Assembly: GCA_963801355.1 (NCBI GenBank)
Contig: CAWDEM010000008.1
Span: 992,001 to 1,056,000 of the forward strand
Direction of reading: 5' to 3'
Length of the DNA stretch: 64,000 nt
Origin: Ignavibacteriota bacterium
Lineage (GTDB): Bacteria; Bacteroidota; Ignavibacteria; UBA10030; UBA6906
Part shown: positions 46,469 to 56,956 of the stretch, one piece after another
Position numbering within the stretch: the stretch's first letter is position 1
Layout: every line of letters begins with the position of its first letter
Notes under the pieces: generated by a model
Databases searched by the model: none
Told to the model about the DNA's origin: nothing
What the model saw: only the letters and a program-made list of their open reading frames with translations
Program-made: the position numbers and the translations under genes

Positions 46469-49315
46469 TCATCTCAAAAGCAAGAGTCTACGCGTCTGCA
46501 CAAAACCGTCTCGCGAGCCTCCCGAAGGACTCCCGACGGTCATCCTGTAGAAGTACACACCGGTAGAAAGTCCAGCAGCATTGAACACCACCTCGTAGCT
46601 CCCCGGTGCTTTCGGTTCGTCCACAAGCACGGTCACTTCCCGACCCAACAGATCGTAGACGGCCAGCCTGATCCAGCTAGACGACGGCCCCCTGGGGCCA
46701 GACCCCGTATTCGCACCCGGTTCCCCACCCGCCGCACCCGAGACCCGATACCCTATTCTTGTACTCGGATTGAATGGGTTTGGATAGTTCTGCTCGAGAA
46801 CGTATTCTTTGGGCAGCTGCAGGGATTGGTCAGAGGATACCTCCGTTGTCAATTCCAAATAGAAGTCGATGTTCGGCGTCGTTCCTCCGGCGACCACCAC
46901 CGCCTGGGCACTCGCGGGCACAAGAGGCATCGGCACCTGCATGACACTGTCCGGATGGACATCCAGCCCCGAATACCACTGGGTGACATACCGGTTCGAG
47001 TTCGCACGCAGCGACACTGCGAGCACATGGTACGTGCCCGGCCAAAGGCCCTTCAGACGGTAAGCACCGGAGAAAGACCCGGCAGAACTCGTGTACGCTC
47101 CCACGGCAGCGGGATGCCCTTGCTCATTGAAGGCATAGATCATAAACACCCCTGAGGTCATCGGTTTTCCCGTTCCGCGATCGAACACTGTCCCCGATAC
47201 TGCACCTGTCGTCCGTTCCATCACGAGATCGTTCAATTTGAGAGAGGTGCTCCCGGTCAGCGGCACACTCTTTGCCCCGGAGTCGGCGAAACTCCGTCCG
47301 TGTTCATAGTAGCAGATAGCGAGACTGTCGTCCAACACTGTGGAATTCGTCTGGGCGCTAAACGCCGCGATCTTGTAGGTCCGTGGAAGGACCGTTGTCT
47401 GATATCCACCGACAAAGGAAGTGTTCCGATAGGCGGCGTACTCCCCGTTCTCCGTATACAACATCACATCGATGATGTGGTCGGATTCGGTCAGGCGTCC
47501 GCCATTCTTGTCCGTCACAAAACCACCCACAGTGGCACTATACTCCAGGGTGAAATCGACGCCCAACACCGCTGCAGGCGCGGTTACGCTGACTATTGCC
47601 GCGCTCTGAACCGAAGGTTTTCCATTGTACCATTCAGAAGCATAGTCCGTGCCGGAATAGGAACAGAAAACTATATACGGAGCTGTGGGCAGCCCTCCCA
47701 GTGTATACGTCCCACCACTGACCCCCTTTCCCATAATCCTCTTCCCTTGCGCATCGCAGGCATACACCGTTGCACCACTGCTCAGTGGAGCGCCGGTTGG
47801 CGTCAGCACATTGCCAGTAATTGTTCCTCCCCGAGCGAGCGTGATATTGACATTCTTCGTCGTATCGGGAGGGCGAACCTCCACGAATGTCGCATGGTCA
47901 AAATCATCCGCACCATTGTACCACTTGTCGATTGCATGCGGACCGGAATATGAGTATGACTTGACAGAAGAGGCGATGACCTTATATCGACCGGCCGGAA
48001 GCCGGCCGATGCAATAGTCACCGTTTCCTGCGGTCAGGGCCCCCATGATGGAATTCTGCCACTCATCGTACACAGCAACGGTAATCCCAGCCGGCCAAAG
48101 TGGGTAGACTATCCTACCCGCTATGGCGCCGGCGCGGTGGAGCGTGACGGTAATCTTTGTTGTCTCAGGTGCCACGACGTCAATAGGCGTAGCATTCGCT
48201 TCTGTGTTGGTTCCATCGTACCATCCATCGGCGTAGTTGAGGGCGCCATGGTATGAATACGACACGTAGTATCTACCAGTCGCCAGCTTCGGGACGAAGA
48301 AAGTGCCGTCCGGACTATTCATCACGAAACCCAGTCCACTTCCCTCGGCATCACTCACTTCGATCTGGCACGCCTGTTCGGTAAGAATCCCTCCCCCCTC
48401 AGCAATCACCGTCCCACTGATCCCGCCGCCCGGCAGGAGATAGAAATCTTTTGTCTTCGAAGTCTCCGGTTCGACTACATGGATGAGGTCGGCCGCATCA
48501 AAACTTCCTGCCCCGGAGTACCATTGCGTCGTGAAGTTGACGCTGTCGTCGCTCGATGCCTCCAGCTTGTAATCTCCGGTCGGGAGGCCGATAATGGCGT
48601 ATTTCCCGGAGGAATCAGTGACATCCATGTTCAATGAGTTGTTCTGGCTGTCGTAGGCAATCACGTAGCATTCCGCAAGCGGCACAGTGTCCACGGAAAA
48701 CACCCTTCCGGAAATCGCCCCGCCATATTGATGGAGGATGAAATTGACGCCTGTGGTTTGTTGTCCATCCGTTACATGCACGAGCGCAGCATTATGCCAG
48801 TCGATCACGCCGTTGTAGTACTCCTCGAGGTAGGGAGACCGCGGAAGCAGCCTCAAATAGTAATCGCCGGTCGCCAGGGCCTTGACCTCATACGCTCCGG
48901 TCCCGTCGTAAGCCACTGACCCGTAGCCACAGTACTTCCCGAACTCGTTATATGCCCAGACCGAGGCGAATCCCGTTGTCGGCGTCACGCCGTCACTCTC
49001 GAGAACCTTCCCTGCAATTGAGCCGGTTCCGGCGACGGCTTGAAAGGATCGCAGGTAAATATCGATTTCGCTGTCGGTCTTTCCTTGCGCCTGGAGCCGT
49101 GCAATCGCTTCGGAGCATGCGTTGATCCTGTGCAGCGGGTCCTGGCTCGCGGACCTGGTCTTCTGGCTTTCCTGAACAGATCCGCCCGGGCAGGGAGGAA
49201 CCATCATTCTGACAAATGGTACCATTCCCTGCTCATCCTGCGCCTTCGTGTAGCGAAGGGGACAGAACGCGAGTGCGACGATGATAGGGAGAACGAGGAT
49301 CGAGTACTTGTGCAT
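46469..49315 (-). CDS. Surface protein with tandem carboxypeptidase-regulatory-like (Cna-B/SdrD-like) repeats and T9SS CTD
   Basis: ~7 repeats of G.ISG.V...G.Y....L..G.Y...WY.G; QNYPNPFNPST; GGAGG RBS. Confidence 0.87.
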   Translation of the reverse strand: MHKYSILVLPIIVALAFCPLRYTKAQDEQGMVPFVRMMVPPCPGGSVQESQKTRSASQDPLHRINACSEAIARLQAQGKTDSEIDIYLRSFQAVAGTGSIAGKVLESDGVTPTTGFASVWAYNEFGKYCGYGSVAYDGTGAYEVKALATGDYYLRLLPRSPYLEEYYNGVIDWHNAALVHVTDGQQTTGVNFILHQYGGAISGRVFSVDTVPLAECYVIAYDSQNNSLNMDVTDSSGKYAIIGLPTGDYKLEASSDDSVNFTTQWYSGAGSFDAADLIHVVEPETSKTKDFYLLPGGGISGTVIAEGGGILTEQACQIEVSDAEGSGLGFVMNSPDGTFFVPKLATGRYYVSYSYHGALNYADGWYDGTNTEANATPIDVVAPETTKITVTLHRAGAIAGRIVYPLWPAGITVAVYDEWQNSIMGALTAGNGDYCIGRLPAGRYKVIASSVKSYSYSGPHAIDKWYNGADDFDHATFVEVRPPDTTKNVNITLARGGTITGNVLTPTGAPLSSGATVYACDAQGKRIMGKGVSGGTYTLGGLPTAPYIVFCSYSGTDYASEWYNGKPSVQSAAIVSVTAPAAVLGVDFTLEYSATVGGFVTDKNGGRLTESDHIIDVMLYTENGEYAAYRNTSFVGGYQTTVLPRTYKIAAFSAQTNSTVLDDSLAICYYEHGRSFADSGAKSVPLTGSTSLKLNDLVMERTTGAVSGTVFDRGTGKPMTSGVFMIYAFNEQGHPAAVGAYTSSAGSFSGAYRLKGLWPGTYHVLAVSLRANSNRYVTQWYSGLDVHPDSVMQVPMPLVPASAQAVVVAGGTTPNIDFYLELTTEVSSDQSLQLPKEYVLEQNYPNPFNPSTRIGYRVSGAAGGEPGANTGSGPRGPSSSWIRLAVYDLLGREVTVLVDEPKAPGSYEVVFNAAGLSTGVYFYRMTVGSPSGGSRDGFVQTRRLLLLR

Positions 49316-49387
49316 GGCCTCCTCCGTTCACTGTGCGCTTCTCACACCGGTCCAGCGGGCATTGTGTGTGCATTGTCCCCCGGCCAC

Positions 49388-49460
49388 GGGTCAGACCCGA
49401 ACCAATTGAGAATTGTCAATCGACTATCGACGATCGATCAATCGGTCGGGGTCTGACCCC
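49388..49460. repeat. Palindromic element, copy 3 (one extra heptamer)
   Basis: GGGTCAGACCCGAACCAATTGAGAATTGTCAATCGACTATCGACGATCGATCAATCGGTCGGGGTCTGACCCC. Confidence 0.88.
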
Positions 49461-49515
49461 AATTCGCATATGAGTGTCCACAACCGAGGCAAAAAAGTCG
49501 GAACTCACTCTTGCT

Positions 49516-49959
49516 CTATTTGAGAGTGATTTCTCGAACCAGCTTGTCGCCCAGAATTTCCCGCATCTCGCTGCGCTTGTTGACACCGACCTTCTGCTGT
49601 TCCGGCGAACCGGCAATCTTCACATCAATGGCATTGTATTTTTCGGCGATGCCATCCAGAGCCGCCATGTTCTTGTATTCGATCATCAACATAAGATCCC
49701 AGTCGTCCTCGGTTGCTGCTAAGCCGGAGAGGATCTTGTATGACAATATCAAGCCTTGCTTCTTGGCTTCCTCGTTTTCGGTTCGCCAAACGGCAGCAAG
49801 GTTCCTGAGGTAGTCATCCTCCATGCCAGGCTTCGTCCTGACGAATGTCAATTCCCAGACAGTTCCCTCCTTATAGGGAAGTTCCTGGGCCGCGCTTTGT
49901 GCCGGAAGAGACAGAAGTACCAGCAGTGCAATGAGACAAAAACGGCTCGTGTATTTCAT
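49516..49959 (-). CDS. Exported hypothetical protein (possible dimeric alpha/beta-barrel fold)
   Basis: Signal peptide, AAGGAG RBS; W....VRTKPG..DDYL, WDL.L.IEY.N.AALD. Confidence 0.8.
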   Translation of the reverse strand: MKYTSRFCLIALLVLLSLPAQSAAQELPYKEGTVWELTFVRTKPGMEDDYLRNLAAVWRTENEEAKKQGLILSYKILSGLAATEDDWDLMLMIEYKNMAALDGIAEKYNAIDVKIAGSPEQQKVGVNKRSEMREILGDKLVREITLK

Positions 49960-50003
49960 GGTGATCTCCTTTGACCTTGATTGTGGGCTCTCATGTGTGA
50001 AGG

Positions 50004-51842
50004 CTACTTCGCAAGAAGGATCTTACGCACTTGAACGGTATTACCTGCTCTGCTCTTGGAGTCACGCCCGATGGTGGACTCCAGAGGGTGGGCCTGCATC
50101 CTGCACAAATACGCGCCGCTCGACAATTTAGCTGCGTCAAACTCAACTTCATAGATTCCCGCTTCCCTCTTCTCATTTACAAGCACAGACACCTCACAAC
50201 CGAGCATGTCATAAACACTCAACCGGACGTAAGAAGCCTCAGGCAGCTCGTACTTGATGGTCGTGCTCGGGTTGAACGGATTCGGATAGTTCTGCATGAG
50301 CGCGTAGCCACCCGCAACGGCCCTGTTGCCCACACTCGTCACAGAAGGCATGACAACATTGACTACTGGCGAGTAATTCACTGAACCGTCCAGATCGATC
50401 TGCTTCAGACGGTAACTCCAGTTTCCCTGGCCTGCGGTTCTGTCCGTGTAGGTGTACGTCTGGGGCGCCACAGTGGTCCCATGGCCGGCAACAAATGCAC
50501 CGTCGAGTGTTCGGAACTCAGCGTCAGCGCTTCCCTTCCGTTGAATTTCGAACCCATAGTTGTTTGTTTCGGACAACGTTTTCCATTCAAGTGTCACAGA
50601 AGCTGAATTAGAAACCCGCGCATCGAAAGCGGCCAGCTGAACCGGCACGGGTGGCTCATAGATAGGCGTGACTGCATCAAGAGCCACGCCTCCTTCGTAT
50701 GTGCCGGCCAATGTACCCCAGATGTCCACGAAGACCTCGGCGATCGTATAGTGTGTCGGAAACGTAGGAATCGCAGACCAATCGAAGGCGAGAAAATTCC
50801 AGACAGCCGTACCGTCGCCATACACATCGTGGAGAAGCACTTGCGCATCGCCGTTGTAGAACCACCGATATCTGGACTGATCAATATCCCACGCCTTGAC
50901 GTAGAGGTTGGCGTGGACCGCGGAGGGTCCCATGCAATTCGCGATCTGAACCGTATACCCTATGGCGCTCTGCCATGCCGACAGGGAACTCAGATCCGGA
51001 GAGTGCATTTGCATGATCCACCAGGTTCCAGCCGAGCCCGTGACCCCGTGACCACTTGTGCATCCCATGTAGTACGAGCCGCAGTTGTCACCTCCGACTG
51101 CCTGTCCGGGGGGCGACGGACAATCAATCTCGTCTTTCCACAACGAGACGAAATTCGAGGAGAACGGACCAGCCCCGTTGTTGTCGAAGGCCCCCTGGAG
51201 CGTCCATCCCTGCGTTGTACCGTCGCTGAAGGAATACGATGTTCCCAGCTGAACGAACTCAAGATTGTCCAGGTTGTTTTCCGCATACATCGAGGTCACC
51301 ACGATCGATCTGATGCCTGTGGAATGGTCTTCATATGAAACTTGGGCGTAGCTACCACTATTCCAGGGAATTGCTTCAAAATAGAGAAGGTTCGTGCTCG
51401 CCAGGTCGCTGTAGTACGCCACCTTCATGTAGTCAGGCGTGTGCACAGGGATCATGTCGTGACTCAATTCGAGTTGGACGCGTTCTTTCGCCGACGTGAA
51501 ACGGATCACCACCTGCCCGCTTGCGTCAGTGGTGCTGTTCGAGGTGATCAGTGGCGAGAAAAACAGGGATCGCAGACCCACGCCCATGCTGGTTACATTC
51601 ATCTCGCCATAGGTGATGATGAAACTGACCCCGTAGTCCGTATCAGTAAGCGTGTTCGCGGGGCCGCCATGGTAGAGCTTGTATCCCACCGCTGAATTCC
51701 ATTTGCTCTGTTCAAATGTGATAATCCCGCTCTGGGCTGTGGCAAGGCTGGAAAGCAACATCACGCAGAGCAGAAGACCGAGTCCGCGGAGAAGCCAGAA
51801 TGTGGCGAGACGGGGTCGGCGAGAGGAAAGACATTTGTCCAT
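50004..51842 (-). CDS. Exported protein of unknown function with PVEL-type Fn3-like linker and T9SS CTD
   Basis: Signal peptide; VPVQLAAF, L.W.T.SE.NN.GFEIQR, YRLKQIDLDG, QNYPNPFNPST. Confidence 0.85.
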   Translation of the reverse strand: MDKCLSSRRPRLATFWLLRGLGLLLCVMLLSSLATAQSGIITFEQSKWNSAVGYKLYHGGPANTLTDTDYGVSFIITYGEMNVTSMGVGLRSLFFSPLITSNSTTDASGQVVIRFTSAKERVQLELSHDMIPVHTPDYMKVAYYSDLASTNLLYFEAIPWNSGSYAQVSYEDHSTGIRSIVVTSMYAENNLDNLEFVQLGTSYSFSDGTTQGWTLQGAFDNNGAGPFSSNFVSLWKDEIDCPSPPGQAVGGDNCGSYYMGCTSGHGVTGSAGTWWIMQMHSPDLSSLSAWQSAIGYTVQIANCMGPSAVHANLYVKAWDIDQSRYRWFYNGDAQVLLHDVYGDGTAVWNFLAFDWSAIPTFPTHYTIAEVFVDIWGTLAGTYEGGVALDAVTPIYEPPVPVQLAAFDARVSNSASVTLEWKTLSETNNYGFEIQRKGSADAEFRTLDGAFVAGHGTTVAPQTYTYTDRTAGQGNWSYRLKQIDLDGSVNYSPVVNVVMPSVTSVGNRAVAGGYALMQNYPNPFNPSTTIKYELPEASYVRLSVYDMLGCEVSVLVNEKREAGIYEVEFDAAKLSSGAYLCRMQAHPLESTIGRDSKSRAGNTVQVRKILLAK

Positions 51843-52127
51843 ATCGCCCTCCTTCGAAAGTCCGAAGATGTAAGAAACGGGCCGGCAGCTCTTGCCGGGG
51901 GCTGGAGCACAAATCAAGGGAATCGCTGTAGCATCAGCCGGAGGGTCGTCGGGTGGGCTCTAAAACGGAGGAACTAGAACAGGGTCCAGAGCGGCTGCCC
52001 TCAAGCCGGAGAGACCGTTGGGCACACCATTGTTTGCCGGAATCTACACTAGAGAAACCTGGAAAGCAAGTCCTTCAGCTTCGGCTAATGTGCTTCGGGA
52101 AATGTGGCAAATCCAATGGGTGCACAT

Positions 52128-52193
52128 GGGCTCAGACCCGAACCAATTGTCAATAGTCAATTGACAATCGTCAATTGGTTGGGTTCAGACTCC
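52128..52193. repeat. Palindromic element, copy 4
   Basis: GGGCTCAGACCCGAACCAATTGTCAATAGTCAATTGACAATCGTCAATTGGTTGGGTTCAGACTCC; 11 bp from stop at 52205. Confidence 0.88.
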
Positions 52194-52204
52194 TGTGCGC
52201 AGCT

Positions 52205-54310
52205 TCAGAGCAACCCGCGCTTCTTCAATAACGGTTCAATCGTGGGCTTCTTTCCCCTGAATCGCTCATACAAAACCATCGGGTCTTCCGTACCTCCCAT
52301 TTCGAGGATATTCTTCCGGAAAGCCGTGGCTGTGGCAGGGTCAAACAGACCTTTCTCTTTGAATGCCTCGAAAGCATCCGCATCCAGCACCTCGGCCCAG
52401 ATGTAGCTGTAGTATCCTGCGCTGTACCCACCCGAAAAAACGTGGGCAAAGTACGGACTCCGGTAGCGGGAAACGATTTCCGGAATCAGACGGATGCGTG
52501 CCATCGACGAGTCTTCGAAGGCCGATGCATCTACCAGTGTTGTATCCGTAAGCGTGTGCCAGTCCAGATCCAGAAGCGACGCGGCGAGGTACTCCACCGA
52601 TGTGAAGCCCTGGTTGAATGTCTCACTCTTGACGATCTTCTGGATCAGCGCATCGGGTATCGGTGCATCCGTGGCATAGTGCCGTGCATACGATCTCAGC
52701 ACATCCGGATGACGGGCCCAGTTCTCCATGATCTGGGATGGCAGTTCGATGCCATCACGCGGAAGTCCAGTATTGTGGTAGCTCCTCTGCGACAGCAGGC
52801 CTGACAGAGCATGACCGAATTCATGAAACAGTGTCTCTACTTCCTCGAGACTGAGAAGCGCGGGTTTCCCGGCTGTCGGACCGGAAAAATTGCCAACGTT
52901 GTACACAACGGGTGTTACTACGCTGTCCCCGATTCGCCCGTACGAGCGGAATGAACCCATCCATGCGCCCGGTCTCTTCCCACCGCGAAGGAAGTAGTCA
53001 GTATATAGCACGCCGATATGAGACCCATCTTGGTCTTTCACTTCGAACACCTGCACATCGTCGGCGTATCCGGGAATGTCCTTTCGCTCGATGAACCGAA
53101 TGCCATACAGTTTCGACGCCACGTCAAACGCACCTTGCCGGACGTTTTCCATTTTGAAGTACGGACGAAGGGCTTCCTCGTCCAGATCATACTCGGCCAT
53201 CTTGATCTTCTCGGCATAGTACCACCAATCCCACGATGCCAGGGTGAACGTACCGCCTTCCTTCCTGATCATGTTCTGCATCGCGTCGCGTTCCTTTTGC
53301 GCGACAACGAGTGCCGGCTCCCAGAGCTTGTACAGAAACTCAAACACGGTCTTGGGATTTTTCGCCATGTTCTCTTCCAGCACATAGTCTGCATGTGTCC
53401 GGTACCCCAGCAGCTGTGCCCTCGCAACACGCAACGCTGCGATGCGTTCGACGAGTCGTTTGTTGTCAAAGCTGTTGTTGTTGTCCCCGCGGCTGCAATA
53501 CGCACGGTACAGCTTCTCACGTAAGGCCCTGTTCGTCGCATATTGCATGAACGGAATCCAACTTGGCTTTTGAAGGGTAAACACCCATTTCCCCTCGAGA
53601 GAGGCCTTCGTGGCTGCAGCCGCCGCCGCATCTACAACGGCCGGCGGCAGACCGTTCAGGTCTTCCTTTTTATCGACGACCATCTTGTATGTATTGGTTT
53701 CCTTCAGAAGATTCTGATTGAACTTGAGCGAGAGCATGGAGAGTTCATCGTTGATCTTCCGGAGACGCTGCTTGTCCGGCGCCAAGAGGTTGGCTCCCCC
53801 GCGCACAAAGTCCTTGTACGTGTTATCCAGCAACATTGATTGCTCTGGAGTAAGAGACAACGCTTTCCTGTTTTCATGGACGGTTTTTATCCGCAGGAAG
53901 AGCTGTTCATCCAGTGCAATATCGTTCCTGTGGCTCGTCAACAGAGGGGTGGTGATATTGGCTATGCTATCAAGCTGGTCATTGGTAATTGCTCCCCGGA
54001 GGGCGCCGAACACTCCGCTGACCCGGCTTAACAGGTCGCCGCTGCGGTCAAGAGCAACGATCGTATTTTCAAATGACGGGGCAGAGCGGACAGTAGTGAT
54101 CACCCGAATCTCACGTTTTTGTTCGTCCATCCCCTTCTGCAATGCGGGAAGGAAATGCGCCGGGAGAATACCCTGGAAAGGGGGCGTTTCAAACGGCGTC
54201 CCGTATGGTGCGAGGAATGGGTTGCCGTCAGATGGGGATGCAACGGACGGACAGGCAATCATGGCTGCGAGCATCAACAGGGACAGGGCGGTGACCAGCA
54301 GGTGTTTCAT
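52205..54310 (-). CDS. M3 family metallopeptidase (peptidyl-dipeptidase Dcp-like)
   Basis: NPFL, TPPF, WDW.YYAEK, GAWM, TLFHEFGHAL, ELPSQIMENW, GYSAGYYSY.WAEVLDAD. Confidence 0.95.
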   Translation of the reverse strand: MKHLLVTALSLLMLAAMIACPSVASPSDGNPFLAPYGTPFETPPFQGILPAHFLPALQKGMDEQKREIRVITTVRSAPSFENTIVALDRSGDLLSRVSGVFGALRGAITNDQLDSIANITTPLLTSHRNDIALDEQLFLRIKTVHENRKALSLTPEQSMLLDNTYKDFVRGGANLLAPDKQRLRKINDELSMLSLKFNQNLLKETNTYKMVVDKKEDLNGLPPAVVDAAAAAATKASLEGKWVFTLQKPSWIPFMQYATNRALREKLYRAYCSRGDNNNSFDNKRLVERIAALRVARAQLLGYRTHADYVLEENMAKNPKTVFEFLYKLWEPALVVAQKERDAMQNMIRKEGGTFTLASWDWWYYAEKIKMAEYDLDEEALRPYFKMENVRQGAFDVASKLYGIRFIERKDIPGYADDVQVFEVKDQDGSHIGVLYTDYFLRGGKRPGAWMGSFRSYGRIGDSVVTPVVYNVGNFSGPTAGKPALLSLEEVETLFHEFGHALSGLLSQRSYHNTGLPRDGIELPSQIMENWARHPDVLRSYARHYATDAPIPDALIQKIVKSETFNQGFTSVEYLAASLLDLDWHTLTDTTLVDASAFEDSSMARIRLIPEIVSRYRSPYFAHVFSGGYSAGYYSYIWAEVLDADAFEAFKEKGLFDPATATAFRKNILEMGGTEDPMVLYERFRGKKPTIEPLLKKRGLL

Positions 54311-54527
54311 TACTTGCTCCGGATTGTATACGATCTTGACGTGAGATTAACGGACTGTAATATACGTCATTCCCTTCACATCCTCACCAAAGAAATACTG
54401 ATTGGGCTCTTGCGCGGGAAGCTCTGGAATGTTGGGGCCGGATTGCTTTGATCAGAATTGACGGAGATGTGTGGGACAGCAATGATTCCCACGATGTCAC
54501 TCGAAGTGTGAGAGACGCAGAGGAGTT

Positions 54528-55781
54528 TCAGTACTTACGTTTCACCTTCTTTCGTAGCGTGGCAAGGTACGCAAGCTGAAACGGCATGTGTCCTTCCAGA
54601 ACAATCAAGAACTCTTTACTGAAGTGCCGATTGTACCGTGCCGCCGCCTCCATGATGAGCAGATCGCAGCTCTGAACGATGAGGGGGATGAGCCCGGATT
54701 GACCCGGGGATTCTCCGCCATTCATCTCTCGGGCAATTCGCTCGACAAAATCAAACAGCCGCATTGTTATGCCATCGAGATTGCCTTCCCGCGACGCTCG
54801 CAAGAAGCACGTTGAGTGCTCCACGCCGCCGTCTTCTTCCATATCCTGGAGGTCATCGATGAGCTGAAGCATCACACCATACTTGAATAGGACCCGGCAA
54901 TTGTGTTCGCTGAGACGCCCTTCCACAAGGAACGCATCGGCCAGGACCGAGGTCCCTCCCTTTTCGATTGAGAGTGCAAGCAGCGCCTCTTCCCTTTCGT
55001 GCCCGGGCTTCGCCTGGAGACGAATACTCCGTTCTTGGGCAGCGTGGATCGCACAAAGGGCCGAGGCCACGTCGGGGTATACTGAACGAGGGTACTCCTG
55101 ATCGATCATGGACAGGAGCCGATCCACCGTCACGCAAATCCTGCTGCCCCTGTCATTAGGCTCGCCCGCAAGCCGCCGTGTGAGCCAGTGCAGAAACGCC
55201 TGCTTCTCTTCCGGTGTCCGGAGCGGGTCATCCAGCCAATTATCTGTATAGGGATAGAGCAGACTGTATGCGAATGAGGAAGGAGTCATGCAGACCCGCC
55301 GTCCGAGGAAGCATTGCAGGCTGTTGAAGACCCACAAATTGCGCAGCGCCTGACGGATGTCATGCGGTGTAATCCGGGGGTCAAATCTCTCCGCCTCTTT
55401 GATGAATTCTTCCGCGGCGCGTTCACAATCGTCAAAGAATTGCTTCGTGGAGGCAGACCCATCGCGGGAGAACAACTTCAGGATTGCTGTTCTGACGGGC
55501 GACCAGACCTCAGAGCGTCGTTCCTCCGGGAAGCTCCTGTAGTCTCTGGGCACGTCGGGGGCTTTCAAGAGAAACCGCTCCAGCTCTTTTTCCTTTTCGA
55601 TCTGCTCCTGCCGCGTGAATCGTTTCATCGACCCGGGGATGTGTCCGATCGTGCGGTTCCAGGTATCCGCGCACTCCAGCGTAAGGCGCGGGACCGTGCG
55701 GGAAAACGCCTTGGTGTCCGGCGGCTCAATTGGCGCGTCGGCTTGCGGCATACCTTTCATCTCAACACCTGCAATCCCCAT
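54528..55781 (-). CDS. Class I isoprenoid synthase-fold (terpene synthase/prenyltransferase-like) protein
   Basis: QALRN.W, YSLLYPYTDN.LDD, EKGGTSVLAD, LQLIDDLQD..ED; start uncertain. Confidence 0.65.
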   Translation of the reverse strand: MGIAGVEMKGMPQADAPIEPPDTKAFSRTVPRLTLECADTWNRTIGHIPGSMKRFTRQEQIEKEKELERFLLKAPDVPRDYRSFPEERRSEVWSPVRTAILKLFSRDGSASTKQFFDDCERAAEEFIKEAERFDPRITPHDIRQALRNLWVFNSLQCFLGRRVCMTPSSFAYSLLYPYTDNWLDDPLRTPEEKQAFLHWLTRRLAGEPNDRGSRICVTVDRLLSMIDQEYPRSVYPDVASALCAIHAAQERSIRLQAKPGHEREEALLALSIEKGGTSVLADAFLVEGRLSEHNCRVLFKYGVMLQLIDDLQDMEEDGGVEHSTCFLRASREGNLDGITMRLFDFVERIAREMNGGESPGQSGLIPLIVQSCDLLIMEAAARYNRHFSKEFLIVLEGHMPFQLAYLATLRKKVKRKY

Positions 55782-56035
55782 TCGTGTCACTCCGTTATCC
55801 TGCAATTGAGTCTGGGAGCAGATCCCCCGCACGCAGTTTGCTCATGATTACTTGTACGAGTGTTTGAGCAAATCGTGTCATTTGTCCGGGCAGGCCAATG
55901 GAATCTCAATGAAGAGATGGAGCTGCTGGATGTTCCAATGTGAATATATGCTCCCCTCCCCCGAGAATCAAGCAGCAGCCACTCTTGACTTCCGCACACT
56001 TGATTTCCGCAGCTGTAATGGCGTTCTTTTGGCAG

Positions 56036-56815
56036 ATGACCGCCCAATCGAAAACAACCCTGCTCATTCCTGTCCTGGCGCTCGCAATCACTTGCAGCAC
56101 GGCACAGACATCGGTAACCAGCGCAGGGATCCTGTCACCGGACTCCGCCATCACAAGCGAAGATGTGAGGTTTTCCACATGGAAGCATCCTCACATGACG
56201 GTTGTTGAGGTGCCTGATACCCTGACCTTTCTCTATCTCCCGCGGAACGATGTACCTCTGGATTCAATCGCCCGGCGGGAGAAATTCCGGGCGGTGATTA
56301 ACGGCTCATTCTTTGATGGAACCCGGGGAAATGCGAGTCACGCGGGCTGGTTGTCAATGTACGGCATGAATGTGACCCCCATGATGGATGACAGACAGTT
56401 GACACACGTCGTTCGGATTGATGGATCAAAGCGCAGGGTCAACTTCTTGCCCGTTGTTTCGTTCGTGCCTTCGAAAGATCGGCATCTGCTTGAGTTCCAG
56501 ACCGGCCCGCTCATTATCGAGAATGGCAGAATTCGGGAAGACTTAATTCGTTCATCGATCAACGGGTCATCCAGACACACCCGATCCCTTCTGGCCACAC
56601 TCAATCATCGCCGTTGCTTCTTCATCACCGTGACTGACCGGGTGACCCTGACCGATCTCGCTGCCACACTTCTTCATCTCAGCGTCTTCATCCGAGGCAG
56701 GCTTGACGTTGTCGACCTTGACGGTGGTTCATCCGTCGCCCTCTACCTCAAGGGTGCTCCCGGCTTCAATTTTAACGTCCGCGATCGGCTTCCGATTCTG
56801 ATCGGATTCCGTTAG
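56036..56815 (+). CDS. Phosphodiester glycosidase (NAGPA/DUF2233) family protein
   Basis: INGSFF, GPL....G, R.LLA, DLDGGSS; signal peptide. Confidence 0.8.
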   Translation: MTAQSKTTLLIPVLALAITCSTAQTSVTSAGILSPDSAITSEDVRFSTWKHPHMTVVEVPDTLTFLYLPRNDVPLDSIARREKFRAVINGSFFDGTRGNASHAGWLSMYGMNVTPMMDDRQLTHVVRIDGSKRRVNFLPVVSFVPSKDRHLLEFQTGPLIIENGRIREDLIRSSINGSSRHTRSLLATLNHRRCFFITVTDRVTLTDLAATLLHLSVFIRGRLDVVDLDGGSSVALYLKGAPGFNFNVRDRLPILIGFR

Positions 56816-56956
56816 ATTTTCCTCTATTTCAGCCCGAAAAGTCCAACTCTCCGCTTGCTACGCCCCAAAGCAGAAATTCATTTCTGAGGGCACACAGTGA
56901 ACAAAAGTTTATTATCTTTGACCGAGAGGTTCCACACCCCCTGAAAGGAGGCATTC

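Noticed and set aside
55812-55828. GGGAGCAGATCCCC as another palindrome copy
   Set aside because: Too degenerate and lacks partner or heptamer core
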